A stretch of 44,963 nt of DNA. Origin: Escherichia phage BF9. The stretch lies in the sequence record NC_073083.1. The stretch is one strand, 5' to 3'. Each line of letters begins with the position of its first letter. Position 1 is the stretch's first letter. The notes under the pieces are model-generated. The model searched no databases. It saw nothing but the letters and a program-made list of their open reading frames with translations, and had not been told where the DNA came from. The translations under genes were made by a program, and so were the position numbers. Positions 1 through 9,121 of the stretch are shown piece after piece.

Positions 1-1610
1 CCTTCCAGCTTCTCCACTTTCCGCAACAGGTGAACGAAGGCGGCGCACAGATCCATCAACAGCACGTTACTATCGAGAGTCAGCACATCGTCTGTGTACC
101 CGATTTCCTTTCGGTCGATTACAACTTCGTTCCCTTCCTCGTCCACCCCCTTGATATCCTCATAAATGGCATAACCCGGCAGCAAGTGTACGTATTCTGG
201 GTCAATCCTTGCCAGATCCTGTGCGATAAGGCCGTATCGCTGTACGTCCGACTCCTTATACTTGAACATTGCCGGAAGCCATTGACGAACGCGGTTGTAG
301 CTTTCCTCGCCGTCAGTGTATTGGATTTCTTTTTTAAGGTCGCGGTCTGATAGCGGCGCTTTCTGGAACTCGTTAACCGAAGGGTTGCCGCTGGTACCAC
401 TAATCAGCCTTTGGTCTGGCATAAAGCGGAATAAAGCCTCACTGACACCACTTTTCCACACGTGGACGCGGTAGTCTGACAAGTGGGTGTCGCCCGCACG
501 CACAAGTCCTGCGCGTGCCCAGTCTATATACCACCGATGCATTGTATGCCCCACCCAGTTATCTACCCCATACAGCGCGTTTGACAGACTGGTAGAGTTA
601 GCCTCTAATGCCTTTAACACTACTGACTCGCCGCCATTCAGGTGCAGCGCACCCAACTTAACCAAACTATCATCACCAACCCCAAGATTAGTGCGCGCCT
701 CCGCTGCCGTTGTTGCTGCCGTGCCGCCTTTTTCGATGGGTACGGTGTTCTCCGTAGCTACAGACCCCAAACCAAGATTAGCGCGTGCTGCAGATTTATC
801 TGCGACGTCTGCCAGGTTCTGCGACTTCTTCATGAATTGCGTAGGGTCGATCGCGTTTTTGAAGTCTTCGGCTTCATCCCGATACCCCTGCGCGGCATCG
901 CGGGCGGCTTGCGCGTCCGTCTTCGCTGTATTGGCCTGATCTCGAATAACGCCAGTATCAGTCTTAATCTGGTTCGTCTGGTCCTTGATGGTCTGCGTAT
1001 CAGTCTTGATCTGGTCCGTCTGCGTCTTGATGGTATTAGTGGCGTCGTGGATCGCCTGCGTATCCGCCTTAATCTGATTGGTGGCGTCGCGAATACCCGC
1101 CGTCTCGGTCTTGAAGCCTTCGGCCTCATTGCGAAATCCTTGCGCGGCGGCTTCCGATGCGGCTGCTTGTTGTTGCAGGTTGCGCATCTCAACTGGGTCG
1201 ATCTGTTTCATCAACTGCGACAGATAGCCCCATGACATGCCCTGCATAACCTGCCCGTTAGGTAACGTCACTGTGATTTCTTCAGCGTCGCCGAAGATTG
1301 CACGCCAGTTGTTTTCATCTGCAATCATCAAGCGCAATGCTTTTTGGGCCTGTACGGTAACGCCCATCGTTGCCAGTGACATGGTATCGCGCTTAACGCC
1401 ATCCCACGCAAGACCGGTTGCCGTTGGGCCGTCGAACGGTAACACTAGCGTAAGCGCGGTCTCGCTTTCAATGGACGCGATCGCAACCGTGTAAGGCACT
1501 TGCCCCACCACCAGAGTTAAGAAGTCGCCAGCGTTAAACGAGGTAAACGTTGTGCCGACCCCTACAACCGCCTTGCTGTTATTCGTTACGGATAGAGTTC
1601 CCGCTGCCAT
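1..1610 (-). CDS. Tail fiber protein with C-terminal intramolecular-chaperone-like domain; 3' end runs off the window start and is represented again at 44688..44963
   Basis: ATG at 1610..1608 preceded by GAGGA. Hand translation begins MAAGTLSVTNNSKAVVGVGTTFTSF, has a central run of degenerate repeats (IKADTQAIHDATNTIKTQTDQIKTDTQTIKDQTNQIKTD), and ends with SDVQRYGLIAQDLARIDPEYV, which resembles the auto-cleaving chaperone domain of endosialidase-type fibers. Not in the ORF track because the frame has no stop before position 1. Confidence 0.6.
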   Translation of the reverse strand, partial: MAAGTLSVTNNSKAVVGVGTTFTSFNAGDFLTLVVGQVPYTVAIASIESETALTLVLPFDGPTATGLAWDGVKRDTMSLATMGVTVQAQKALRLMIADENNWRAIFGDAEEITVTLPNGQVMQGMSWGYLSQLMKQIDPVEMRNLQQQAAASEAAAQGFRNEAEGFKTETAGIRDATNQIKADTQAIHDATNTIKTQTDQIKTDTQTIKDQTNQIKTDTGVIRDQANTAKTDAQAARDAAQGYRDEAEDFKNAIDPTQFMKKSQNLADVADKSAARANLGLGSVATENTVPIEKGGTAATTAAEARTNLGVGDDSLVKLGALHLNGGESVVLKALEANSTSLSNALYGVDNWVGHTMHRWYIDWARAGLVRAGDTHLSDYRVHVWKSGVSEALFRFMPDQRLISGTSGNPSVNEFQKAPLSDRDLKKEIQYTDGEESYNRVRQWLPAMFKYKESDVQRYGLIAQDLARIDPEYVHLLPGYAIYEDIKGVDEEGNEVVIDRKEIGYTDDVLTLDSNVLLMDLCAAFVHLLRKVEKLE

Positions 1611-1690
1611 AGCTAAATCCTCATAAATTGGTTGCATTCTCGATTGAGCGGTGCAATACTAAAACTCGACCAAATATGGGAGATGATAAC
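1611..1690 (+). promoter_or_regulatory. Candidate promoter for the rightward lipoprotein cassette, containing one TTGGTTGCA motif
   Basis: aaATTGGTTGCATtctcgattgagcggtgcAATACT gives TTGCAT-N17-AATACT, a sigma70-like spacing, immediately upstream of the lipoprotein gene. Confidence 0.35.
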
Positions 1691-1912
1691 ATGAAAACAT
1701 TAATTGTGATTTGTTCGGTTCTTCTGTCCGGCTGTGCGGTAGAACGTAACAACGGCGATTGCATTACGGTAGCTTACGGTAGCTGCATGTTGCGCTACGT
1801 CGATGGGCAAAAAGTGCCTGCCGGAGATGTGGATATGCGCTTCACTGGCCTGTCTTCGGATGCCGACGGCAATTTCTCAGGCACTGTATCAGTTAAATCA
1901 CGGGAGTGGTAA
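1691..1912 (+). CDS. Small secreted lipoprotein (73 aa); possible Cor/Llp-type superinfection-exclusion protein
   Basis: MKTLIVICSVLLSGC has a signal peptide and lipobox (LSGC). Sits next to the tail fiber/J genes on the opposite strand, as cor and llp do in T1- and T5-like phages. Start is the internal ATG of track ORF 1628..1912. Confidence 0.5.
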   Translation: MKTLIVICSVLLSGCAVERNNGDCITVAYGSCMLRYVDGQKVPAGDVDMRFTGLSSDADGNFSGTVSVKSREW

Positions 1913-1914
1913 TT

Positions 1915-2880
1915 ATGGGCGCTGGAATACTTATCGACTACAACGACGGGCGGCCTGTTATGGCGATAACTGCCGGTCTACGCGCTCCGTCATACTGCAC
2001 TACGTTTGATCAACGCTGCCAGTCAGACAAGACGCTGACCATTAACACCCCGCTAACCCCTGGGTCGGATCTTGTCGTTGCGCTCACGCGCCCGGTCGAA
2101 GTGATTGAGGTATTCGACCAAACGCTGGTTCTTCCAGATCCGTTCTACGTGACGTCGGTACAACGCAACGGGGATAGCGGCATTATTCTACGAGGCGCGG
2201 ACGCGTATAACGCATATAGTGGTCTCCCGCAATGGGCGGGGATAATTATGGAAGTGCTGCCGGTTGGGTCGCGCAATGCGGGCTTACTGGTGGCGAACTC
2301 GACTGACTTCACCGCGATATCGAACGTATCCCGGCTTATGACCTGCCGATATGCGCAGCGCGTGCATGTGAACGACAGTATGCCTTTACCGGTGGGTGGC
2401 ATCCCGTTCGCGCGCTGGGATAACGGCAACGTGTCGGTAGGATTTGATGGCAGTAATATCATCGTCCGCAATTCGTCTTATGGCGGGATCGACGACGTAG
2501 GGGCCGAAGTGGACCTGGATTTGGTTATCTTCAATAACACGCCACCATCTCCGGGGACCGGTATAACCATGACGAACAACCAGGGGCAGGTCACGTTCTC
2601 CACCGTGAATAAGCCGTTTGTTCTCAATTCCGTTATTAATATCGGCACTGGTGGTCAGAATATCGGTAACAGCCTCGTACAGCTTTCATATACCGGCGCG
2701 CTCATTGAGAACAACAGCGGATACAACCACGTGAGAATGAACGGAATACGCATGGCAGGCAACGTGGTTAGCGCGGCACGAAATCGCGTGATTGGTAACT
2801 ACTCACGACAGCAATTCCAGATGCCTAACCGCAACATAACCGCACCCACCCCGTTACTCGTCATCCCTAACATGTATTAA
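1915..2880 (+). CDS. Hypothetical protein (321 aa), Gly/Asn/Thr-rich, probably beta-rich; function unknown
   Basis: Track ORF 1906..2880; ATG at 1915 is preceded by GGGAGTGG. Co-oriented with the lipoprotein gene and followed by a hairpin terminator. Confidence 0.5.
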   Translation: MGAGILIDYNDGRPVMAITAGLRAPSYCTTFDQRCQSDKTLTINTPLTPGSDLVVALTRPVEVIEVFDQTLVLPDPFYVTSVQRNGDSGIILRGADAYNAYSGLPQWAGIIMEVLPVGSRNAGLLVANSTDFTAISNVSRLMTCRYAQRVHVNDSMPLPVGGIPFARWDNGNVSVGFDGSNIIVRNSSYGGIDDVGAEVDLDLVIFNNTPPSPGTGITMTNNQGQVTFSTVNKPFVLNSVINIGTGGQNIGNSLVQLSYTGALIENNSGYNHVRMNGIRMAGNVVSAARNRVIGNYSRQQFQMPNRNITAPTPLLVIPNMY

Positions 2881-2906
2881 AAAAGGGGCCGGATGGCCCC
2901 TTCGCA
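2881..2906. terminator. Bidirectional intrinsic terminator between convergent genes
   Basis: aaaaaGGGGCCggatGGCCCCttcg: GC stem flanked by an A-run on one side and T-rich sequence on the other. Confidence 0.6.
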
Positions 2907-2907
2907 T

Positions 2908-5900
2908 TTACCACGTCCCAACTTTCACCCTACCTCCTCCAGGTAATGGCACGTTAATGCCGGTTGCGTCGATCTGTACCGACCCGCCGGAGAAACCGAA
3001 GTTACCAGTGGTCGCGAACAAGTTGCCGCGTACCGTTACGTTGTTGAACTCCGCCCAGCCATCCTTCGCGATACGCCAGCCGCTGCTACCTGGATTCCAG
3101 TTATTCGATTGCAGCGTGTCCGTGATCTGTGCGAAGTTGATGGACGCGTTCTTGATGCGCGCCGTGTCGATGTACACCTGACCGCCGTCAACGATAAACG
3201 CAGACGAAAGTGACCCATTCGACGGGTGCATGATGTAGAACTGGTCCGCCTTGAACGCGATGCTGGATTTAACCGCACCGCCTTCCACCACAACTGAAAG
3301 CTGCATACCGGCATCATAGTAAGTCCCGTTATACGTCACGCCAGCATTAAGGCTGTATGTGGCACTACCGCCAGCATGGTTAAACGAAGACGTCATCTTC
3401 TGCTCGATAGCTGCGGACTGCTGACCGAACTGCGCCGCTACCTGGGTCTTGTACTCCGCCAGCGCTCCCGCTACGTCTGCCGTTGCCGTTTGTACCTGCT
3501 GGATGGCAGCTTCCTGTTCCCCGAACTTAGCGGCAACAGTTTGTTGGTACTGGGCGAACGCTTGTTCGTGCGTGCTTTGCGCGGTCTGCAACGTGTGGAT
3601 CGCCGCTTCCGCATCGTCAAGGCGAGTACCGATCAACGTCTCAAGTTGCGCGACCGCCTTGTGGGCATCCGCCGCCACGTTATACGCTACCTTGATTTCT
3701 GCGTAGATCCCCTGGTACTCGGCGCGGGCGTTAAACAATTGCTGTGCGTCCGTGAGCATGGCTTCATAAATGCCTTGCGGCATGGTGTCGATCGCTTCCT
3801 GGAAGCGTTTACCATCCTCTGAAGTCAAGAACTCGTCGTCCAACCCCTTCATATACTCGTCAACTTTGTCACTCACCTGGCCTTCAAACGGGGCTGACCA
3901 GTCCGACAGGTTGCCGATTTTATCCGCTACGCGGGCGCGCAACTGCTGGTAGATCCCGAACTCCAGCGACGTTTGCGCATAGTCCGATCCCGGATATGGG
4001 ACGTTGGTCAAGAACTTCCATTCCGTTTCGCCCCGCTTGCGCACTTCAAGCTCGGTGTAAGAGATATCCGTCGCGGCGTTGTTGTGGTTCCACTTCCACA
4101 AAATTTGGTGAAGGCCCGAAATCGCGTTGGTGATGATAGGCGCGTTAAGCCCGCCGAGACGACCTTCGATCGGCGTGATGGCAGACGACACCCACGGGGA
4201 TGAAATCTCACCCATACCGATTGCGCGGACGCGTGCCTGGTAGTTACCGGAGAACACGTTAGGGATGTGAGCGCCGTTCGATGCCGTGCGAGGGATGTTC
4301 ACCCAGTCGTTACCCCACTGGATTTCCATATTCTGCAAGCTGGTACGTCGCCACTGGATTTCATATACAACGGCATCCTTCACCGGCGGGAAAACAATAT
4401 CCACGTTGGTGATTAGCTGGCCTTGCGATGAAATCTGCGACGGGGTGATGGTCACGGACTCCGGCCCCTTCATTACGCCGTCAGGTACTTGCGTAAAGAT
4501 GCCTGGGTCAAGGCGAGCGCCATTATCAACGGCATCATATTTGCTATCGTTGTACTCGATCCCGCGCACTGAAAAAGTGCTGGTAGAGTCGTCATATTCC
4601 AGGTCGGTGATGCGGAACTTCTGCAACTGGATATCATCGCCATCAACGCAAAACGGCTGGTCTGGAATCGGGTCGGCGTCCAGTGCGGTTTTTAGCGTAA
4701 CCTTGTTGCCGTTGACGCTGGCGATCTCGCGAGTCTCCACATTACCGCTATCGGTGCGTACCAGGAATTTATCGCCAGGGCGGAACGTGATTTCGCTGTC
4801 TGTGTTCAGCACCGTCCGCGTGCCCGGATCTGACAACAGGCGACCGCCGCGTGTCTCGAAGCCGCCAGAAATGTTTGTATCGGCGATCGCTACTACGCTA
4901 CCCGGAATAAAGAATAGTCCTTCCATGCCAACCTTAAAGCTAACTTGCTGGTCAAGCTGGTTGGAGATTAGCGCCCAGTGCCCCCGGCGTTGCGCTTCTG
5001 ATTCACGCGTACAGCCGATCGCCGTTATATCGAGACGGTTAATCTTATGGCGGCGTACCAGTTCGACACGTTGCCCCGTTGCGATGGCATCCTCATAGTG
5101 GTTCTTCGGGTTGCCGTATGCTACCGCGAACGTGGAATAGCGAGTTTTCTGGCTCCCTGACGCGTAGTCGAATCTGCCATCAATAACAGAGGCGTTGGTG
5201 ATAGTGTGCGATACCGCTGCGACCGGCTGGTCACTTACGATATTCAACATCTGGTTGCCCCACCAGGTCATACCGGCAAAGATGGCGGCTAAATCCTTAA
5301 GCACGGTCCAGGCGTCGGTCTGCGACTGGATGTACATATCATTCTTAAATCGGATTTCCTGCCCGCCGTTGCCGTCGCTGACAAGCTGGTCACAGCGCTG
5401 CGCAATCTGGTAGAGCGCGTACCGGTTCAGCATTTGCGGCTTGATCCTACGACCGAGGCCGAAGCGCTCAGTAATACAAATATCGTACCAGTGCCACGCA
5501 GGGTTGTCCGTCCAGGCGCGTTTAAACGTGCCATCCCAGTCGCCCGAATATGTATGATTAATCGGGTCGTAGTTGTTCGGAACCAGCACTTTGCGGCCTT
5601 TGCACTTGATGGACACCCGAGGGATGTTCTGAAACGCTTTAGCGTCGAACTCCACGAACAACAGCGCGGTTAGCGGGTAGCGCAGGCGGGCGTCGATAAT
5701 CTCAGTGATTGATTGCACCTGAATATCGTTCACCACTTTTGCCGATGTGGAATCAGCCGTTGTGCGGTGCACTTCCACGCGCCAGCCAGTGTTAACGTTC
5801 GGCGGTAACTCGATGCGGTGGTCTCGCTCGTACAGCGACATTGTTTTACCAACGGCAGCAAATGTAAACTCGCGCGGATCTGCGTTATCCGTATACACAA

Positions 5901-6354
5901 CGATTTTATAGTCGATGCGCCCGCCTACCAGGTCGCCATTATCTTCGTTGGTGTACAAAGCCGGAATGCCGATTCGAATGCGCACGGCGTCAAGACTTGT
6001 GTCATTAATCTGGCGCACCCACGGCGTGCCGTTTTCCAGTTTTACGCCTACTGTTTGCTCACTTTCCACCGCGGAAAATCCGTGGATTACATCCTGGTGC
6101 TGTGTGCCTGGGCGGAACTCCACGCGCGCGCCGGGGAAGTTTTCCGACAGGTCGGCGTTCTGGATCGGTGTGCCGTCCAGGTATACGCGCTGCCGTAATT
6201 CGTTAGGGTCGGGAATACCTTCGAATTCCCCTTCACCCAGCGCAAGCAAGATGCGGATTTTAGCCAGGGAATGCAGGCTGTCCGGCGTTTCCTGCGGGGT
6301 GTGCTGTTTGCCTCCGCCGCCTTTATGGCCTGTAACGTCGTAGATAATCGTCAT
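2908..6354 (-). CDS. Central tail fiber / host specificity protein (lambda gpJ-like), 1148 aa
   Basis: Size, position after the K and I homologs, and conserved gpJ-type N-terminus MTIIYDVTGHKGGGGK...LLALGEGEFEG. Confidence 0.85.
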   Translation of the reverse strand: MTIIYDVTGHKGGGGKQHTPQETPDSLHSLAKIRILLALGEGEFEGIPDPNELRQRVYLDGTPIQNADLSENFPGARVEFRPGTQHQDVIHGFSAVESEQTVGVKLENGTPWVRQINDTSLDAVRIRIGIPALYTNEDNGDLVGGRIDYKIVVYTDNADPREFTFAAVGKTMSLYERDHRIELPPNVNTGWRVEVHRTTADSTSAKVVNDIQVQSITEIIDARLRYPLTALLFVEFDAKAFQNIPRVSIKCKGRKVLVPNNYDPINHTYSGDWDGTFKRAWTDNPAWHWYDICITERFGLGRRIKPQMLNRYALYQIAQRCDQLVSDGNGGQEIRFKNDMYIQSQTDAWTVLKDLAAIFAGMTWWGNQMLNIVSDQPVAAVSHTITNASVIDGRFDYASGSQKTRYSTFAVAYGNPKNHYEDAIATGQRVELVRRHKINRLDITAIGCTRESEAQRRGHWALISNQLDQQVSFKVGMEGLFFIPGSVVAIADTNISGGFETRGGRLLSDPGTRTVLNTDSEITFRPGDKFLVRTDSGNVETREIASVNGNKVTLKTALDADPIPDQPFCVDGDDIQLQKFRITDLEYDDSTSTFSVRGIEYNDSKYDAVDNGARLDPGIFTQVPDGVMKGPESVTITPSQISSQGQLITNVDIVFPPVKDAVVYEIQWRRTSLQNMEIQWGNDWVNIPRTASNGAHIPNVFSGNYQARVRAIGMGEISSPWVSSAITPIEGRLGGLNAPIITNAISGLHQILWKWNHNNAATDISYTELEVRKRGETEWKFLTNVPYPGSDYAQTSLEFGIYQQLRARVADKIGNLSDWSAPFEGQVSDKVDEYMKGLDDEFLTSEDGKRFQEAIDTMPQGIYEAMLTDAQQLFNARAEYQGIYAEIKVAYNVAADAHKAVAQLETLIGTRLDDAEAAIHTLQTAQSTHEQAFAQYQQTVAAKFGEQEAAIQQVQTATADVAGALAEYKTQVAAQFGQQSAAIEQKMTSSFNHAGGSATYSLNAGVTYNGTYYDAGMQLSVVVEGGAVKSSIAFKADQFYIMHPSNGSLSSAFIVDGGQVYIDTARIKNASINFAQITDTLQSNNWNPGSSGWRIAKDGWAEFNNVTVRGNLFATTGNFGFSGGSVQIDATGINVPLPGGGRVKVGTW

Positions 6355-6968
6355 TCGTTCAAATCCTCGGTTACGATTCCGGCTGAAATAATAGCGCCGC
6401 CGATCTCACGCTCGCCCCATAATACACCAAGTGCCGTGCCTTGCGCGGTGGTGTTCACTGGTCCGCCGAACGCATACGACGCCTTGTTATCCACGTCCTG
6501 CCTTGTCTGCAATCCTTTCGGTTGCGGTGATAACAATTGCATAACGCCACCCAGCGCCATCGACATCCCGAACGAAAACGTCGCTGCACCGATAGAGGCC
6601 GCGGTCGCCGCTGAAGCTCCGAAAGCGGCAGTCGCAAGCCCGCCGGTATAGAACGACGCCACCACGATTGCTACACCCGCCAGCAATTGGCCCAGTCCGC
6701 TTTTTGCGCCAGTCATAACCGGCGCGATGGTCACTACGCGGTCGCCGTGTAACTCACCCAACTCGTCGTAGCCGGTCATAGTGTGATTGCCCTTGCGCAC
6801 TTTGAACATCATATTGTCCAGGTGGGCAGACATTAGAAAGTCCTGTAATCCTGGTAACTTCACGCACAGGCCGGTGATACCCTCGCCCGGTGTGAAGCAG
6901 TCCAGCTTGTGCACTTTACCGAATCGACGTCCTAAAACGCCGTATAATTTAAATGTGGTCATTGCCAT
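6351..6968 (-). CDS. Tail assembly protein (lambda gpI-like)
   Basis: 205 aa between the K-like and J-like genes, with a Gly/Ala-rich hydrophobic C-terminus; 4 bp overlap with the J gene. Confidence 0.7.
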   Translation of the reverse strand: MAMTTFKLYGVLGRRFGKVHKLDCFTPGEGITGLCVKLPGLQDFLMSAHLDNMMFKVRKGNHTMTGYDELGELHGDRVVTIAPVMTGAKSGLGQLLAGVAIVVASFYTGGLATAAFGASAATAASIGAATFSFGMSMALGGVMQLLSPQPKGLQTRQDVDNKASYAFGGPVNTTAQGTALGVLWGEREIGGAIISAGIVTEDLNE

Positions 6969-7699
6969 TCTGTGATATTCCCCGGTAGGTCTTTATGACG
7001 TACCCATTTAACCACATTGTCCCGGAAAAATCCTGCCCGGAAGGGAATGACGCTCGACAGGCTGCCGTAGATATGGTGTAGTAGTTGGTTGCCCGGAAGG
7101 TAGATTCCGGCATGGTTAGGCACTGGCGCGCTAATCTGCATGATGACCATCGCCCCTGGCGTATTCTCCTCACACTCCCGGAAGCCCGCGCCATACCAAT
7201 TGTCCATATACAGGTTTTCGCCTGTCTCCCACCAGTTATACGGCACACGGAAGTCTGGCAGGTTTACGCCCTGCTTTTTGTGCCAGTCCATGACGAGGCC
7301 GTAACAATCCGTAATTCCGAGAACAAATCGACGCCCCACCAGCGGAGGGTCTTCAGGGTCGATCTCGATAAAGTCGCCATACTCATTGGTAATTGTCCAG
7401 ACGACGCCGCTGCCGTTGCATCCGTTAACGTCGCCCAATGACGGGGTTAACTCGCGCTGACCTGGGTGCGAGTGGACTACGCGCACGACGTCGCCCATAT
7501 CCTCGGCATCCATCCAGGCCATATCACTAATTGTAAACGCGTCTTTGCGCGAGCGCACGCCGGTCGGGTCTTCGAAGACGTTCAGGCACGGGATAAACAC
7601 TTGTTTGCGTCCCACCATGACGACCAGCCCGCACGCTTCTTCCGGCAGACACGCCGCAACGTGTGCGGCGATATCGCGTTTAACCTTCTTCGTTAGCAT
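6959..7699 (-). CDS. Tail assembly protein gpK-like (JAB/MPN metalloprotease plus NlpC/P60-like domain)
   Basis: HSHPG (JAMM) motif in VVRVVHSHPGQRELTPSLGD; position between the L-like and I-like genes. Confidence 0.8.
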   Translation of the reverse strand: MLTKKVKRDIAAHVAACLPEEACGLVVMVGRKQVFIPCLNVFEDPTGVRSRKDAFTISDMAWMDAEDMGDVVRVVHSHPGQRELTPSLGDVNGCNGSGVVWTITNEYGDFIEIDPEDPPLVGRRFVLGITDCYGLVMDWHKKQGVNLPDFRVPYNWWETGENLYMDNWYGAGFRECEENTPGAMVIMQISAPVPNHAGIYLPGNQLLHHIYGSLSSVIPFRAGFFRDNVVKWVRHKDLPGNITEWQ

Positions 7700-7701
7700 G
7701 A

Positions 7702-8490
7702 CTACCCCTTAATTAATTTGGACCCTGGAAAACCGCCGAAGTCCAGCACCGCCGCTTTAGGGTCCGCCAGACCTTGCCCAAAACGAAGATAACAGTCGGA
7801 CAAACAGCCGCCGCATCGGTCCATATTCATCGCGATAACTTCGTTTCCGCGCTCGTCGTAATATTTGATGCCCGGCTGTGCAAGGTTCCATGTGCAACCA
7901 TCCCCGCTGGCGTACTTCCCATTGAGCGCCCATTCGCACATGTTCATGATCTGGCGGCGGGGTACTACTTGCCCCTCCATATCCGCGGGGGAGGATAGCG
8001 CGAAGGTGATCTGCTTGCCCGGATTGCGCCCGACCTGTGAGTCGATGTAATACTCCTGGACACGTTTTTGCGTCGGGTCCGGGTCCGATCCGTTATCCAA
8101 GAACTTCGCGAACGTATCAATGATCTCAACCTTCGCGCCCAGTAGCTGGTCGTGATTCAGCGACAACCGGGTGATGATTCCGCCAATATCCACGATGGTT
8201 AGCTGCGGTTCTGCTGCCGTTGATGTGGAAAAGTTGAGTCCGGATAAATCGAAGGGCCAAAATTCGAATTCCTGCCCGCCGAAGAAGATAGATTTGGGCT
8301 TTAGCTTGTCCTCGTCTCCGCCTGCTGCGGCAATATCCTCGGCAGTGTGCGGAATAAAGCAATAGTGAAAATAGTGGTGGCCCGCGCCGATCGCGCCGTC
8401 GCCCGGTTCCACGTCCTGCGCGTCAATGTGAATCAGGCGAACGCGTCCCGATGGGTCAAAGCGCGTCGCCTCGCGGTATAGTTTATTCAT
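7702..8490 (-). CDS. Minor tail protein (lambda gpL-like)
   Basis: 262 aa, C-terminal cysteine cluster (CGGCLSDC), position between the M-like and K-like genes. Confidence 0.7.
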   Translation of the reverse strand: MNKLYREATRFDPSGRVRLIHIDAQDVEPGDGAIGAGHHYFHYCFIPHTAEDIAAAGGDEDKLKPKSIFFGGQEFEFWPFDLSGLNFSTSTAAEPQLTIVDIGGIITRLSLNHDQLLGAKVEIIDTFAKFLDNGSDPDPTQKRVQEYYIDSQVGRNPGKQITFALSSPADMEGQVVPRRQIMNMCEWALNGKYASGDGCTWNLAQPGIKYYDERGNEVIAMNMDRCGGCLSDCYLRFGQGLADPKAAVLDFGGFPGSKLIKG

Positions 8491-9086
8491 CTTACGAATC
8501 CAATAGCTGTCTTAAGGGTTGCGGATACCGTTGCCGTGTAGTGCCCATTGTCAGTGTACGACAAGCTCGAACGCTCGACCACGAATAAACCCGTTTCGCC
8601 ATCCGGCGCGGTGACGACAAACGGTTTGACGAAGTGACCGCGAAGAAAGTTGTAAACCAGTTTAGGGTCGCACCACTTGTCAGTAGTCAGTCCGATGAAT
8701 TGCACGGGGAATTGTTTCGTCTCGGCGTTCGGGCCGTCTGCGATGTTCTGACCGTAACCATTACCGAATTGCAATTCCTCGGCCCGGAAAGCCAGCTGCA
8801 CGTCTCCGCCGCCTTGCAATTGCATGTGCCAGTAATAGGGCCATTCGTTTGACCGCGGGTCGTGCGCTTCGATTAGCTCATAAGCCACACCGGCTTTTGT
8901 CGGACCGGCCCAGTTATCCGCCAGGGTGATGACGGTGTTAGAGTTGAATGCTGCAATTTTGCCGGTGTAGTCGTTGCCGTCGATGCGGGCAAATACGCGG
9001 ACTTTACCGATCTCGCTCAGGAACGCGGTTCCCGCGCCAGTGACGGTCTTACTTCCCTTCGTAAGTGTGATTGTACCTTGTGACAT
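8487..9086 (-). CDS. Minor tail protein (gpM-like, distal tail)
   Basis: First gene after the tape measure gene; start taken as the internal ATG (MSQGTITLTKGSK) of track ORF 8487..9125 so it does not overlap the tape measure stop. Confidence 0.55.
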   Translation of the reverse strand: MSQGTITLTKGSKTVTGAGTAFLSEIGKVRVFARIDGNDYTGKIAAFNSNTVITLADNWAGPTKAGVAYELIEAHDPRSNEWPYYWHMQLQGGGDVQLAFRAEELQFGNGYGQNIADGPNAETKQFPVQFIGLTTDKWCDPKLVYNFLRGHFVKPFVVTAPDGETGLFVVERSSLSYTDNGHYTATVSATLKTAIGFVR

Positions 9087-9121
9087 AAAAAAGCCCCCAC
9101 GTTGTAGTGAGGGCCATTTTA

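Noticed and set aside
487-1494. Plus-strand ORFs 487..939, 642..1235 and 1237..1494, and minus-strand ORFs 119..400 and 830..1192
   Set aside because: They overlap the long minus-strand tail fiber frame that starts at 1610 with a good RBS and has recognisable tail fiber features; they are alternative frames of a GC-rich coding region.
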